Source: an uncultured Acetatifactor sp.
GTDB lineage: Bacteria; Bacillota; Clostridia; Lachnospirales; Lachnospiraceae
Direction of reading: 5' to 3'
Assembly (NCBI GenBank): GCA_910585665.1
Contig: CAJUFI010000001.1
Span: 16,680-80,679 of the forward strand
DNA: 64,000 nucleotides
The first letter of the stretch is position 1. Every line of letters begins with the position of its first letter. The notes below the pieces were generated by a model. It made no database searches and was not told the DNA's origin. It was given only the letters and a program-made list of their open reading frames with translations. The translations under genes and the position numbers were made by a program. This document shows, piece by piece, positions 41,594-49,287 of the stretch.

Positions 41594-41772
41594 TCGTTTG
41601 TTGCCCTTTCTTCCCCTGTGCCCGGCCCACCGGCGAAAGGCACCGGGACTGGCGGAAAATTATGAGCGGCGGCACAGTAATCCGTTTGAGTATGTTCCGG
41701 GCCCTCCCGCCTGAATGCTGCATTCATAATGCCGCATCCATCAGCCAGCGAAGGGTGCGGCGCATTCGGCAT

Positions 41773-42624
41773 TCAGATGTCCTGCCTGATGAGCAAGACA
41801 ATGGACACCACGGAATAAACCACCAGGAACACCAGCCCGATGGCCAGGCACCGCAGATCCTCCGGCGAGGCATAGGACGAGGGACCGTTGTTTATGGCAT
41901 GATAAAGCGTATATTTCACCCAGCCGTTCAAATGGAAATAGCCTAAGAAAGTAGAGACCATCATCACCGCAAGGCCGCTTCCCCCCAGCACGGCCCCCAG
42001 GACACCTATGGTAATACTGCGGGTGAACACGCACAGGGCGATGATCAGTGCGGCGAAAGCCATGGTCACCGGCCATATCCATGCCAGGTAGAACAGGATG
42101 TCGCCCCAGCTGCCGAAAGGCAGCATATTGCCGAACAACAGGTTCATCAGGCAATTGAATCCGAAGCCCAGCACCAGATACAGGAAGTCCAGGATGCCCA
42201 CCGCGATGAGCTTGCTGCCGATGTAGGGCCAGCGGTTCCGGTGAAGGGCCATGATATTCTTCATGGATCCCCCTTTATAGTCGCCGCAGACGAACAGGGC
42301 CACCGCGATTCCGAACAGGATATTGTGCAGTCCGCCTCTCATATCGCTGTCGCGGAACATCTCCAGCAGATTCGCATCTTCCAGCAGGTCTTCCCCCTCT
42401 TCCATCATTACCATCTTCATCTCCGGATCGGATACCACATGTCCCTCCGAATCGTACACTGTCAGCATCCCGATTCTGTCAGCGACCTTCCGCCCTTCCG
42501 GCGTCCCCAGCAGATAGACCAACAGATAGCACAGGAATATCACAGCCAACATCGTGAAAAAACACACATACACCGATTTGCTTCTCTTCATCCGATATAG
42601 ATCCATACGCAGCAGATTAAACAT
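41773..42624 (-). CDS. ABC-2 type permease
   Basis: MFNLLRMDLYR, DYKGGSMKNI motif, about six TM segments. Confidence 0.85.
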   Translation of the reverse strand: MFNLLRMDLYRMKRSKSVYVCFFTMLAVIFLCYLLVYLLGTPEGRKVADRIGMLTVYDSEGHVVSDPEMKMVMMEEGEDLLEDANLLEMFRDSDMRGGLHNILFGIAVALFVCGDYKGGSMKNIMALHRNRWPYIGSKLIAVGILDFLYLVLGFGFNCLMNLLFGNMLPFGSWGDILFYLAWIWPVTMAFAALIIALCVFTRSITIGVLGAVLGGSGLAVMMVSTFLGYFHLNGWVKYTLYHAINNGPSSYASPEDLRCLAIGLVFLVVYSVVSIVLLIRQDI

Positions 42625-42713
42625 TCTCCACCCCTCCTATTATAGTTCCGCATCTGCCTCACCCAGCACCCGGACATGGGCAGATGCTGTTTCAAATTTG
42701 CTATTGACATTTC

Positions 42714-43652
42714 TTAGCTGGCCTTTTGGTCATCAGCAGCCATTCCGGCCATCCGGTCCAGGAAATACTCCTCCAGGTCCATATGGTGGAAGCCGGAGGC
42801 ATAGACCTGTATCCCTTTCTCTACCAGGATCTGGTTCAGCCTGGCGCTGTCCTCCAGATGGTAGAGCCGGATGCGGTGCACGTCCAGAACCTCCGCCTGT
42901 ACCCCGGGCAGATTCTCCGAAATCACCGGCAGCGCGTGCCTGCTGTCGTCCACTTCTATCTGGAAGTAGTCCTTGCAGTTCCGCTCCAGGCTCTCCGCGT
43001 CAATCTGCTCTACCAGGCGGCCCTCCTTGATAATGCCGTAGTGGGTGGAAATCTTGTTCAGCTCGCCCAGAATGTGGGAGCTGATGATGAGGGTCTTCCC
43101 CTCCTCGTTCAGGGAAAGCAGAAGCTTTCGGACTTCCCTGGTGCCCTCCGGGTCCAGGCCGTTGATTGGTTCGTCCAGAATCAGCAGGTCCGGATTTCCC
43201 AGAAGTGCCAGGGCGATGCCCAGCCGCTGCTTCATGCCCATGGAAAAATGTTTCGTCTTCTTGCTGCCGGTATCGGTCAGTCCTGTGATGTCCAGGGCTT
43301 CGTCCACGCTTTTTTCGTCCGGCAGGCCAATGCATTTGGCTTTCATCACCAGGTTCTGCCTGGCAGTCATCTGTGGGTACAGGCCAGCGGTTTCAATCAG
43401 GCAGCCTATCCGCCGGGCGGTATACACATCCCCCGCGGGCTTTCCGAACAGCCTGATGTCCCCTCCCGTGGGCTTCGCCAGCCCGCAGAGCATTTTCAGG
43501 GTGGTGGACTTGCCCGCGCCGTTCCGCCCGATGAAACCGTATATGGCCCCTTCACGCACCTTCATGTTCAAGTGGTCCACCGCAGCCTTGCCGCTGTAGG
43601 TCTTGCTCAGCGACAGCGTTTCTACTGCAAACCTCTCCTGTGCTTTTTCCAT
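42714..43652 (-). CDS. ABC transporter ATP-binding protein (BcrA/LanF-like)
   Basis: GRNGAGKST, E-loop LIETAG, FSMGMKQRL, LDEPINGLDP, SSH. Confidence 0.93.
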   Translation of the reverse strand: MEKAQERFAVETLSLSKTYSGKAAVDHLNMKVREGAIYGFIGRNGAGKSTTLKMLCGLAKPTGGDIRLFGKPAGDVYTARRIGCLIETAGLYPQMTARQNLVMKAKCIGLPDEKSVDEALDITGLTDTGSKKTKHFSMGMKQRLGIALALLGNPDLLILDEPINGLDPEGTREVRKLLLSLNEEGKTLIISSHILGELNKISTHYGIIKEGRLVEQIDAESLERNCKDYFQIEVDDSRHALPVISENLPGVQAEVLDVHRIRLYHLEDSARLNQILVEKGIQVYASGFHHMDLEEYFLDRMAGMAADDQKAS

Positions 43653-43676
43653 CTCTATGGATCTCCTTTCTTTATT

Positions 43677-43830
43677 TGAAATCCGGTATCTGAAATCCGG
43701 TATTCGAAATCTGTCATCCGAAATTTCTTAATCCTAATCTGTTTTGAAATTTCTTATCCCAAATCTGTTGTCCGAAATCTGTTCCGAAATTTCTAATCGG
43801 ATTTCTCTTATCTGATATCCATTCTGATCC
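43677..43830. repeat. Degenerate 12-14-bp tandem repeats (GAAATCyG/GAAATTTC type)
   Basis: About ten recurring units between the response regulator and the ABC ATPase start. Confidence 0.65.
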
Positions 43831-43838
43831 ATAAAGGT

Positions 43839-43876
43839 TTATAAATCGCTTATAAAAGGTAAAGAAAGATTAAAGA
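43839..43876. promoter_or_regulatory. Putative OmpR-family regulator binding direct repeats
   Basis: TTATAA-N5-TTATAA and TAAAGA-N5-TAAAGA, each with 11-bp period. Confidence 0.45.
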
Positions 43877-43889
43877 TTTCAGCAAAGTT

Positions 43890-44654
43890 TCAGCAAAGCT
43901 TGAAGCCCATCCCCCACACGGTCTGGATATAGGCGTCCGTGCCGCTTTCTTTCAGCTTGCTGCGGATGTTGCTGATATGGACGTTGATGGTCTTGTCTTC
44001 CGCCAGATAGTCCTCGCCCCAGGCATATTCATAGATCATCTGCTTTGAGAACACACGTTTGGGGTTCCTAATCAAAAGCTCCAGAATCAGGAATTCGTGC
44101 TTTGTCAGCACCACCGGCACGCCGCCTGCCGTCATCTCCCAGGTGTCGGGATTCAGCGTCCATTCTCTGTAATGGTAGACGCATTCCGACCCTTTCCAGT
44201 CCGCTGCAGAACTCGCTTCCATTGGGGACTTTCCTTCCATGGAAGGCCTCTCTTCCATGGAATGCCCTTCTTCCATGGAATGCCCTTCTTCCATTTTCCT
44301 GTTCTGTCTGCGCAGCTGTACCTGGATTCGCACCAACAGTTCCCGCAGGTCGAAGGGCTTGCAGATGTAGTCCTCAGCACCGTCCGAGAGCACCTGCACC
44401 TTGCTGTCCAGCCCGCTTCTGGCAGACAGCACGATGACAGGCGTTTTTCTGGAAAAAAGGGAGACAAGCTCGTCTCCCCCGATTCCCGGAAGCATCAGGT
44501 CCAGCAGCACAAGGTCGAAAGACTGCATTTCGAACAGGAGTTTCCCCTCGCTGCCGGAATAGGCCTGGGTACATTTGTAGCCCTGGGTCTCCAGATACTC
44601 CGCTATCATCTGATTGTTTTCCGCGTCATCCTCTACTATCAGCAGATGTTTCAT
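43890..44654 (-). CDS. OmpR family response regulator
   Basis: IVEDD, LLDLMLP, KPF, LTKHEF..L, INVHISNIRSKL, IQTVWGMGF. Confidence 0.95.
   Translation of the reverse strand: MKHLLIVEDDAENNQMIAEYLETQGYKCTQAYSGSEGKLLFEMQSFDLVLLDLMLPGIGGDELVSLFSRKTPVIVLSARSGLDSKVQVLSDGAEDYICKPFDLRELLVRIQVQLRRQNRKMEEGHSMEEGHSMEERPSMEGKSPMEASSAADWKGSECVYHYREWTLNPDTWEMTAGGVPVVLTKHEFLILELLIRNPKRVFSKQMIYEYAWGEDYLAEDKTINVHISNIRSKLKESGTDAYIQTVWGMGFKLC
44217..44294. repeat. In-frame 18-bp repeats (MEEGHS-type) in the response regulator linker
   Basis: TTCCAT recurs every 18 bp from 44217 to 44289. Confidence 0.8.
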
Positions 44655-44658
44655 CCGT

Positions 44659-45951
44659 TCAGGCCTCCGTGCTGCCGGCAACGTTCACGCCCTCCAGGCA
44701 GACCGCCGCAGGGCCCTGGAAATTCTTCTCCACCTGTGTCTCTCTGGAGAACACCAGGTTCTTTTGCGCGTCCAGGATGCTGCCGTTGATGGAGCCTCCC
44801 GTGACCGGGATTCTCTTCTCCCCGTCATAGAGGAACCCGAGCCGGATCTCCCCGCCGAAATGCCCATCGAAGGTGTCCATCTGGAAGTCGGAGAAGTTCA
44901 CGATTTCCAGGTAAGGCTCCTCCCGCAGCTTCTCAAGGGGCACGCTTCCTGCCGGGGCGCTGAAGCTGTCGTAGTTTCCCGTGGGCTCCAGGTTCAGGTA
45001 ATACGCGTACCTGTTGCTGCCGTGAATCAGCTGCAGCATGCCGTCCCGCACCAGCTCCCTGTCCTTCATGGGAATGCCCTCTACGCTGTAGGGAACGGTG
45101 GCTTTCAGGGTCAGGTTGATCCTGTCCTTCTCCACCTGCCCGCCCTGTACATCGCAGCCGTTCTGGAAGGTGGAGTATTTGGGGTAAATCATGTAGCCGT
45201 TGGAGCGTTCCACATAATAGTCAAATATGGTTTTTACATAAGCGCCTGACAGGATCACGCGGTATTCTCCCGCCGGCGGCGCGGACACTGCCCTGGCTCT
45301 GGCCCGGGTCATCTCCAGCGTGTCCCTGACCTTTTTCTGAAGGGCCGCCGTGTCCATGTCATCATAGGAAAAGTCCTGGTAAGTCTCCACATCCTGCTCC
45401 GCCACGCACTGGGCTACGAATTCGCCCCATACACGCCCCTTGCAATAGGACACGTCCACGCCGCTGGAATTGAGGATATGGCAGGTGGTCCTGCCCGCGA
45501 AAATCTCCGCGGAATTCAGGAACACATCGCTTTCCCTGTCCTCCTCGAACAGGGCATCCGCAAAGCGATGGGCCACTTCCGTCAGGGGCTGGCCGGAAAG
45601 ATGCCCGGACCGCTCCAGGGCCTCCGCAGAAGGCTCCCCCTTCCCCGCGTACAGTTCATAGTAAGGGTTCTTTACGAATCCGGCGGCGTACAGGGCATTC
45701 CGGAACAGTTCCGTCATCTGCTCTGTGGTAAAGCTTTCCTGTACCTGCACGGCGGCGGAGCCCAGCATGCGCCTGTCTCCTTCCGTGAAAGCTCTGTACA
45801 CCGTCACGGACGCCCGACGCACTTCCTTCAGCCGCTGCATGTCCAGAGACTTGCGGATGAAGAACAGCTCCGCGGATTCCTCTTTCGTCTCTGTGATCTG
45901 GTATAATTCTGTTCCGCTCTCTTTCAGGGCGGCCAATATCTTTTCTATCAT
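44659..45951 (-). CDS. TldE/PmbA-like protein
   Basis: TldD/PmbA fold motifs (EGIP..D..LV.DG, PTGN, DGHFGG); no HEXXXH; next to tldD. Confidence 0.8.
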   Translation of the reverse strand: MIEKILAALKESGTELYQITETKEESAELFFIRKSLDMQRLKEVRRASVTVYRAFTEGDRRMLGSAAVQVQESFTTEQMTELFRNALYAAGFVKNPYYELYAGKGEPSAEALERSGHLSGQPLTEVAHRFADALFEEDRESDVFLNSAEIFAGRTTCHILNSSGVDVSYCKGRVWGEFVAQCVAEQDVETYQDFSYDDMDTAALQKKVRDTLEMTRARARAVSAPPAGEYRVILSGAYVKTIFDYYVERSNGYMIYPKYSTFQNGCDVQGGQVEKDRINLTLKATVPYSVEGIPMKDRELVRDGMLQLIHGSNRYAYYLNLEPTGNYDSFSAPAGSVPLEKLREEPYLEIVNFSDFQMDTFDGHFGGEIRLGFLYDGEKRIPVTGGSINGSILDAQKNLVFSRETQVEKNFQGPAAVCLEGVNVAGSTEA

Positions 45952-45981
45952 AATCTGCCTCGTTTCTGTGTCGCTTTCCTA

Positions 45982-46236
45982 TTGTCGGCAACCGACCTGG
46001 TTTCTGGTTCGCTTCCCTTGTCGGCAATCAACCTGGTTTTTGGTTCGCTTCCCTTGTCGGCAATCGACCTGGTTTCTGGTTCGCTTCCCTTGTCGGCAAT
46101 CAACCTGGTTCTTGCTTCGCGTCTTTCTGTCGGCAATCGACCTGGTTCCTACTTTGCTTCCCTTTGTCGGCAATCGACTGGGTTATTGATTCGCTTCCCT
46201 TTGTCGGCAATCGACCTGGTTCTTGTTCCGCTCCCC
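45982..46236. repeat. Seven tandem 36/37-bp repeats each containing a GTCGG-CAA-YCGAC mini-hairpin
   Basis: Consensus TTGTCGGCAATCGACCTGGTTTCTGGTTCGCTTCCC read directly. Confidence 0.9.
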
Positions 46237-46336
46237 AATTAACTATCCAATTGTCTTCTGTTGATGTTTTCCCATAGAACGCCTACGTCTTCTGCCATCC
46301 TTGGGGCGCCGTATCTCCCTGGGATTCTCCATGACA

Positions 46337-47767
46337 TCAGCCCAGCCGTATCCTGGCCTTGATGTAGGGGCCGCCGTCGGACACCTTCACCCATTCCTTA
46401 TAGCCCTTACCGCACATGCCGCCTCCGCCCAGCTCGACTTTTTCCGATACCATGCTGATGGACTTCAGCAGATCCGGCACATATCCGGTGAGGACCACCG
46501 GGGAAAATATCTTGCCGGTGAGCTTGCCGTCTTTGATTTCCCTGGCGATGCTGACCATGCACTGGATGCCCCAGTTCTTCGGGTCTTCCATGCCGCTGGA
46601 AGGCTCCTCCAACAGGAAACCGTAATCGATGGAGGCGATCATGTCCTCCACTTTGTCCTTGCCGCCCTCGAAAAAGGTATTGGTCATCCTGGTATAGGCT
46701 TTCCGCTGATAGCTCTCCCGCCTGCCGTTGCCGGTGGGGACAGTGCCCAGATGCATGGCGGACTGGGCATCGCTGATGCCGGCCTTCAGGATGCCTTTGT
46801 CAATGACCACCGTATCCCTGGCCAGCACGCCCTCGTCGTCGAAAAAGTAAGTGGCCACCTCCCTGGCGGCAGCCGCGCCGTCGTGCATGGTCACCAGCTC
46901 GGACGCCACCTGTTTTCCCACGAACTGCTCCGCCTGGGCCCTCTTCTTGACGAACATGTCCATCTCCACGCCATGCCCAAAGGCCTCGTGCACGATCATG
47001 CCGGTCGCCTCAGGGGTGCAGATGCAGTCGTATTCTCCCGGCACCATGGGCTCGCTCTCCAGCAGCTCCAGCGCCACCTTCGCCGCGTCACAGACGCCGT
47101 CCCGCATTCTTGCCAGCACCTCTGCGCCGCCCAGATTGGAAAATCCCTTGTAGCTGCTTTTGATTTCCTCGCCTCTGGAGGCCAGCACGCTGAAGCCACC
47201 GGACATCCAGAGCACGTTCTGCTCCATGTCCCGGTTCCTGGACAGGAAAAGCTTGCTGTATTTCTGGTAGCTGACGAAAGCGCTGCAGTCCAGCACCTTC
47301 TCGCTGTAGGCTATGCCCGCCTGGCTGATCTGGGTCAGGTCGCGGATGATTGTCTCGTCGCCGTATTCCTGGGGATCGATTTCATATTCTGTGCTGTCCG
47401 AGAACACCATTGGCTCATCCTCCAGCATGGCGTAGACGCTGCGCCGGACGCCCTCGGGAAGCTTTTCCGACATGGGGATAAGCTCTTTTTTGATTTTCTG
47501 TACGATTTTATCGATGCTATCTGACGTAATTTCATTGAAGGAGTATTCGCCGTAGGAAGAGCCGTCATAGACCTTCACCACAAAGCCCCGGCCTGACATC
47601 ACGCTGTTCATGCTCACGGATGTGACGGTCTTGGACACGGAATGCTGCTTCGCCACGGAGTCCGTCGCCAGGATGGAGGCGTAAGGGTATTCCTCCAGCA
47701 GGCGGTCTCTGAGACTGAGCAGCACCGGCTTTATCTCGCTGAGATATTGACTTGATTTCACTTTCAT
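46337..47767 (-). CDS. tldD: TldD family metalloprotease
   Basis: HEAFGHGVE zinc motif, FDDEGV, TGNGRRE, RMTNT, GMCGKG. Confidence 0.9.
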   Translation of the reverse strand: MKVKSSQYLSEIKPVLLSLRDRLLEEYPYASILATDSVAKQHSVSKTVTSVSMNSVMSGRGFVVKVYDGSSYGEYSFNEITSDSIDKIVQKIKKELIPMSEKLPEGVRRSVYAMLEDEPMVFSDSTEYEIDPQEYGDETIIRDLTQISQAGIAYSEKVLDCSAFVSYQKYSKLFLSRNRDMEQNVLWMSGGFSVLASRGEEIKSSYKGFSNLGGAEVLARMRDGVCDAAKVALELLESEPMVPGEYDCICTPEATGMIVHEAFGHGVEMDMFVKKRAQAEQFVGKQVASELVTMHDGAAAAREVATYFFDDEGVLARDTVVIDKGILKAGISDAQSAMHLGTVPTGNGRRESYQRKAYTRMTNTFFEGGKDKVEDMIASIDYGFLLEEPSSGMEDPKNWGIQCMVSIAREIKDGKLTGKIFSPVVLTGYVPDLLKSISMVSEKVELGGGGMCGKGYKEWVKVSDGGPYIKARIRLG

Positions 47768-47833
47768 TCTGTGTTGCTTCCTTTCTTAATTTGATGTGCG
47801 CCATTTGATGTGCGCCTTTCCGGCCGAACGAAA

Positions 47834-47935
47834 CTCCCCGCAATGGAGCTGCGGGGTATCAGCCCGAGACTCGCTTTGCTCGTCATTAGTTTATTGCGCA
47901 GCAGAGCTGCGGGGAATTAGACCCTGAAAGATTAA
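47834..47935. repeat. REP/MITE-like element with two CCCCGCAGCT hairpins
   Basis: - strand: TTAATCTTTCAGGGTCTAATTCCCCGCAGCTCTGCTGCG...ATACCCCGCAGCTCCATTGCGGGGAG; begins at the upstream gene's TAA. Confidence 0.55.
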
Positions 47936-48999
47936 ACGATCTCCAGATAATCTCTGTCCGGCAGCGGCGGGAACTTCGCAGCGGGCAGCGTCTGGTACCA
48001 GAAGGCCACTGACGCAATGTCGTCCTGCAGGGGCAGATAGCGTCCGCCGCTCCTCCACCCAAGGGCCTGGATGGTCACCTTGAGCTTCTCGTCGAAGCAG
48101 ACAGGGTCCGGAATATGCCAGCGGTACATGCCGAAGCGGAACTGGCTGCGGTAGAGATGGTCAGGAGCCAGCACCTGCAGTCCGGTATAGGGCGTGGAAA
48201 AGGACGCGTACCTGTCATGGGTGGCGGGATCCTCGAAATTGTAGGAGCCGCAGAAGTAATCCTCCGTGCCCGTGCCGCAGATAGTGGGATAATCGGTGTC
48301 GCCATCTATGTAGAACTTGATCTCCCCTTCTCCCCACCAGTTGGCATTGTTCACGCCCCAGGCCAGATAAGTGCCCACATACTGTCCCTTGCCCTGGATT
48401 CCGTCCAGGATGGTGTAGACCTCCTTGTAGGGCAGCGGGTTCACACGGCGGAACTGGGCGTGGAAATAGGCAATCTTCTCCGGCAGTTCCTGTAGGGTGT
48501 AGTCAATCTGATAATATACCACTGTCTCTTCATCTGCAAGGTTCTCCAGGGTCATGCGGCAGTTGGACCGGAACGGCATCTGCCAGTAGCAGTTGAAGGC
48601 GCTTCCCGGGTTCACGCAGACAGCCAGGGAACTGATTTGGGCATATTCGTTCCAGCCCATGCAGAAGAAATCTCCTATGGGGCACTCTACGGAGGGATTC
48701 TCCTGGCCGTCCCAGTAGATGCGCAGAATCAGATTCCGCCAGCTGTCCTGCGGCGTCAGCCAGATATGGCGAATCATCCCGGGCCCTTTGATATCGGCTA
48801 TCGTGAATGTGCTTTTGGAGGCGATGCGGATGTAGGGGTTCACCTTCCATCCGGTGCCCAGATCCCTGGCCGCATGCCTTGCCACGCCCTGTTCCAGCGG
48901 GCACATGCCGCCTTTCCCCGGCTCCCCGGTGAAGTTCTCCGCGCAGATAGAGCGCGATTTCATGTCGGTCACTTGATAAAGGGCCGATAAGTCATGCAT
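47932..48999 (-). CDS. DUF2961 / glycoside hydrolase family 172 protein
   Basis: SRSICAEN.TG, GPGMIRHIW, WWGEGEIKFYIDGD, PTICGTGTEDYF, YRWH; promoter TTGCAT-17-TATAGT at 49084-49112. Confidence 0.88.
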   Translation of the reverse strand: MHDLSALYQVTDMKSRSICAENFTGEPGKGGMCPLEQGVARHAARDLGTGWKVNPYIRIASKSTFTIADIKGPGMIRHIWLTPQDSWRNLILRIYWDGQENPSVECPIGDFFCMGWNEYAQISSLAVCVNPGSAFNCYWQMPFRSNCRMTLENLADEETVVYYQIDYTLQELPEKIAYFHAQFRRVNPLPYKEVYTILDGIQGKGQYVGTYLAWGVNNANWWGEGEIKFYIDGDTDYPTICGTGTEDYFCGSYNFEDPATHDRYASFSTPYTGLQVLAPDHLYRSQFRFGMYRWHIPDPVCFDEKLKVTIQALGWRSGGRYLPLQDDIASVAFWYQTLPAAKFPPLPDRDYLEIV

Positions 49000-49237
49000 A
49001 TGAGTTCTCCTTTCTGCAGGTCTGCCTGTGATGGCTTTATAGGCTTATCTCCTTTCCGGAGCGATGCCGCAGACTATATCTCCACTATATAATAAGGTTC
49101 CTTCTTATGCAAGTCTTCTTACTATAATTAATTTAAAATTCAAAAATTCTTCCACCTATGTGGTTGGATGCTCATTCGGCATATGCAGGCTCTGAAAGAC
49201 TAATGCTCATGGACATGTCCATGCTGCAGGCCATTGC

Positions 49238-49268
49238 AAAAAAAGACTCCCTGGTAGTCCAGGGAGCC
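49238..49268 (-). terminator. Intrinsic terminator ending the ABC-DUF1854-ABC operon
   Basis: GGCTCCCTGG-ACTA-CCAGGGAGTC followed by T7. Confidence 0.85.
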
Positions 49269-49287
49269 CTCAAAGCTATCTCTTTCG

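Noticed and set aside
45982..46236. CRISPR array
   Set aside because: The would-be spacers are similar to each other, the period is only 36-37 bp, and there are no cas genes nearby
45948..46242. Short repetitive ORFs across the tldD-tldE array
   Set aside because: By-products of the repeats; unit length shifts from 36 to 37 bp and no convincing RBS was seen
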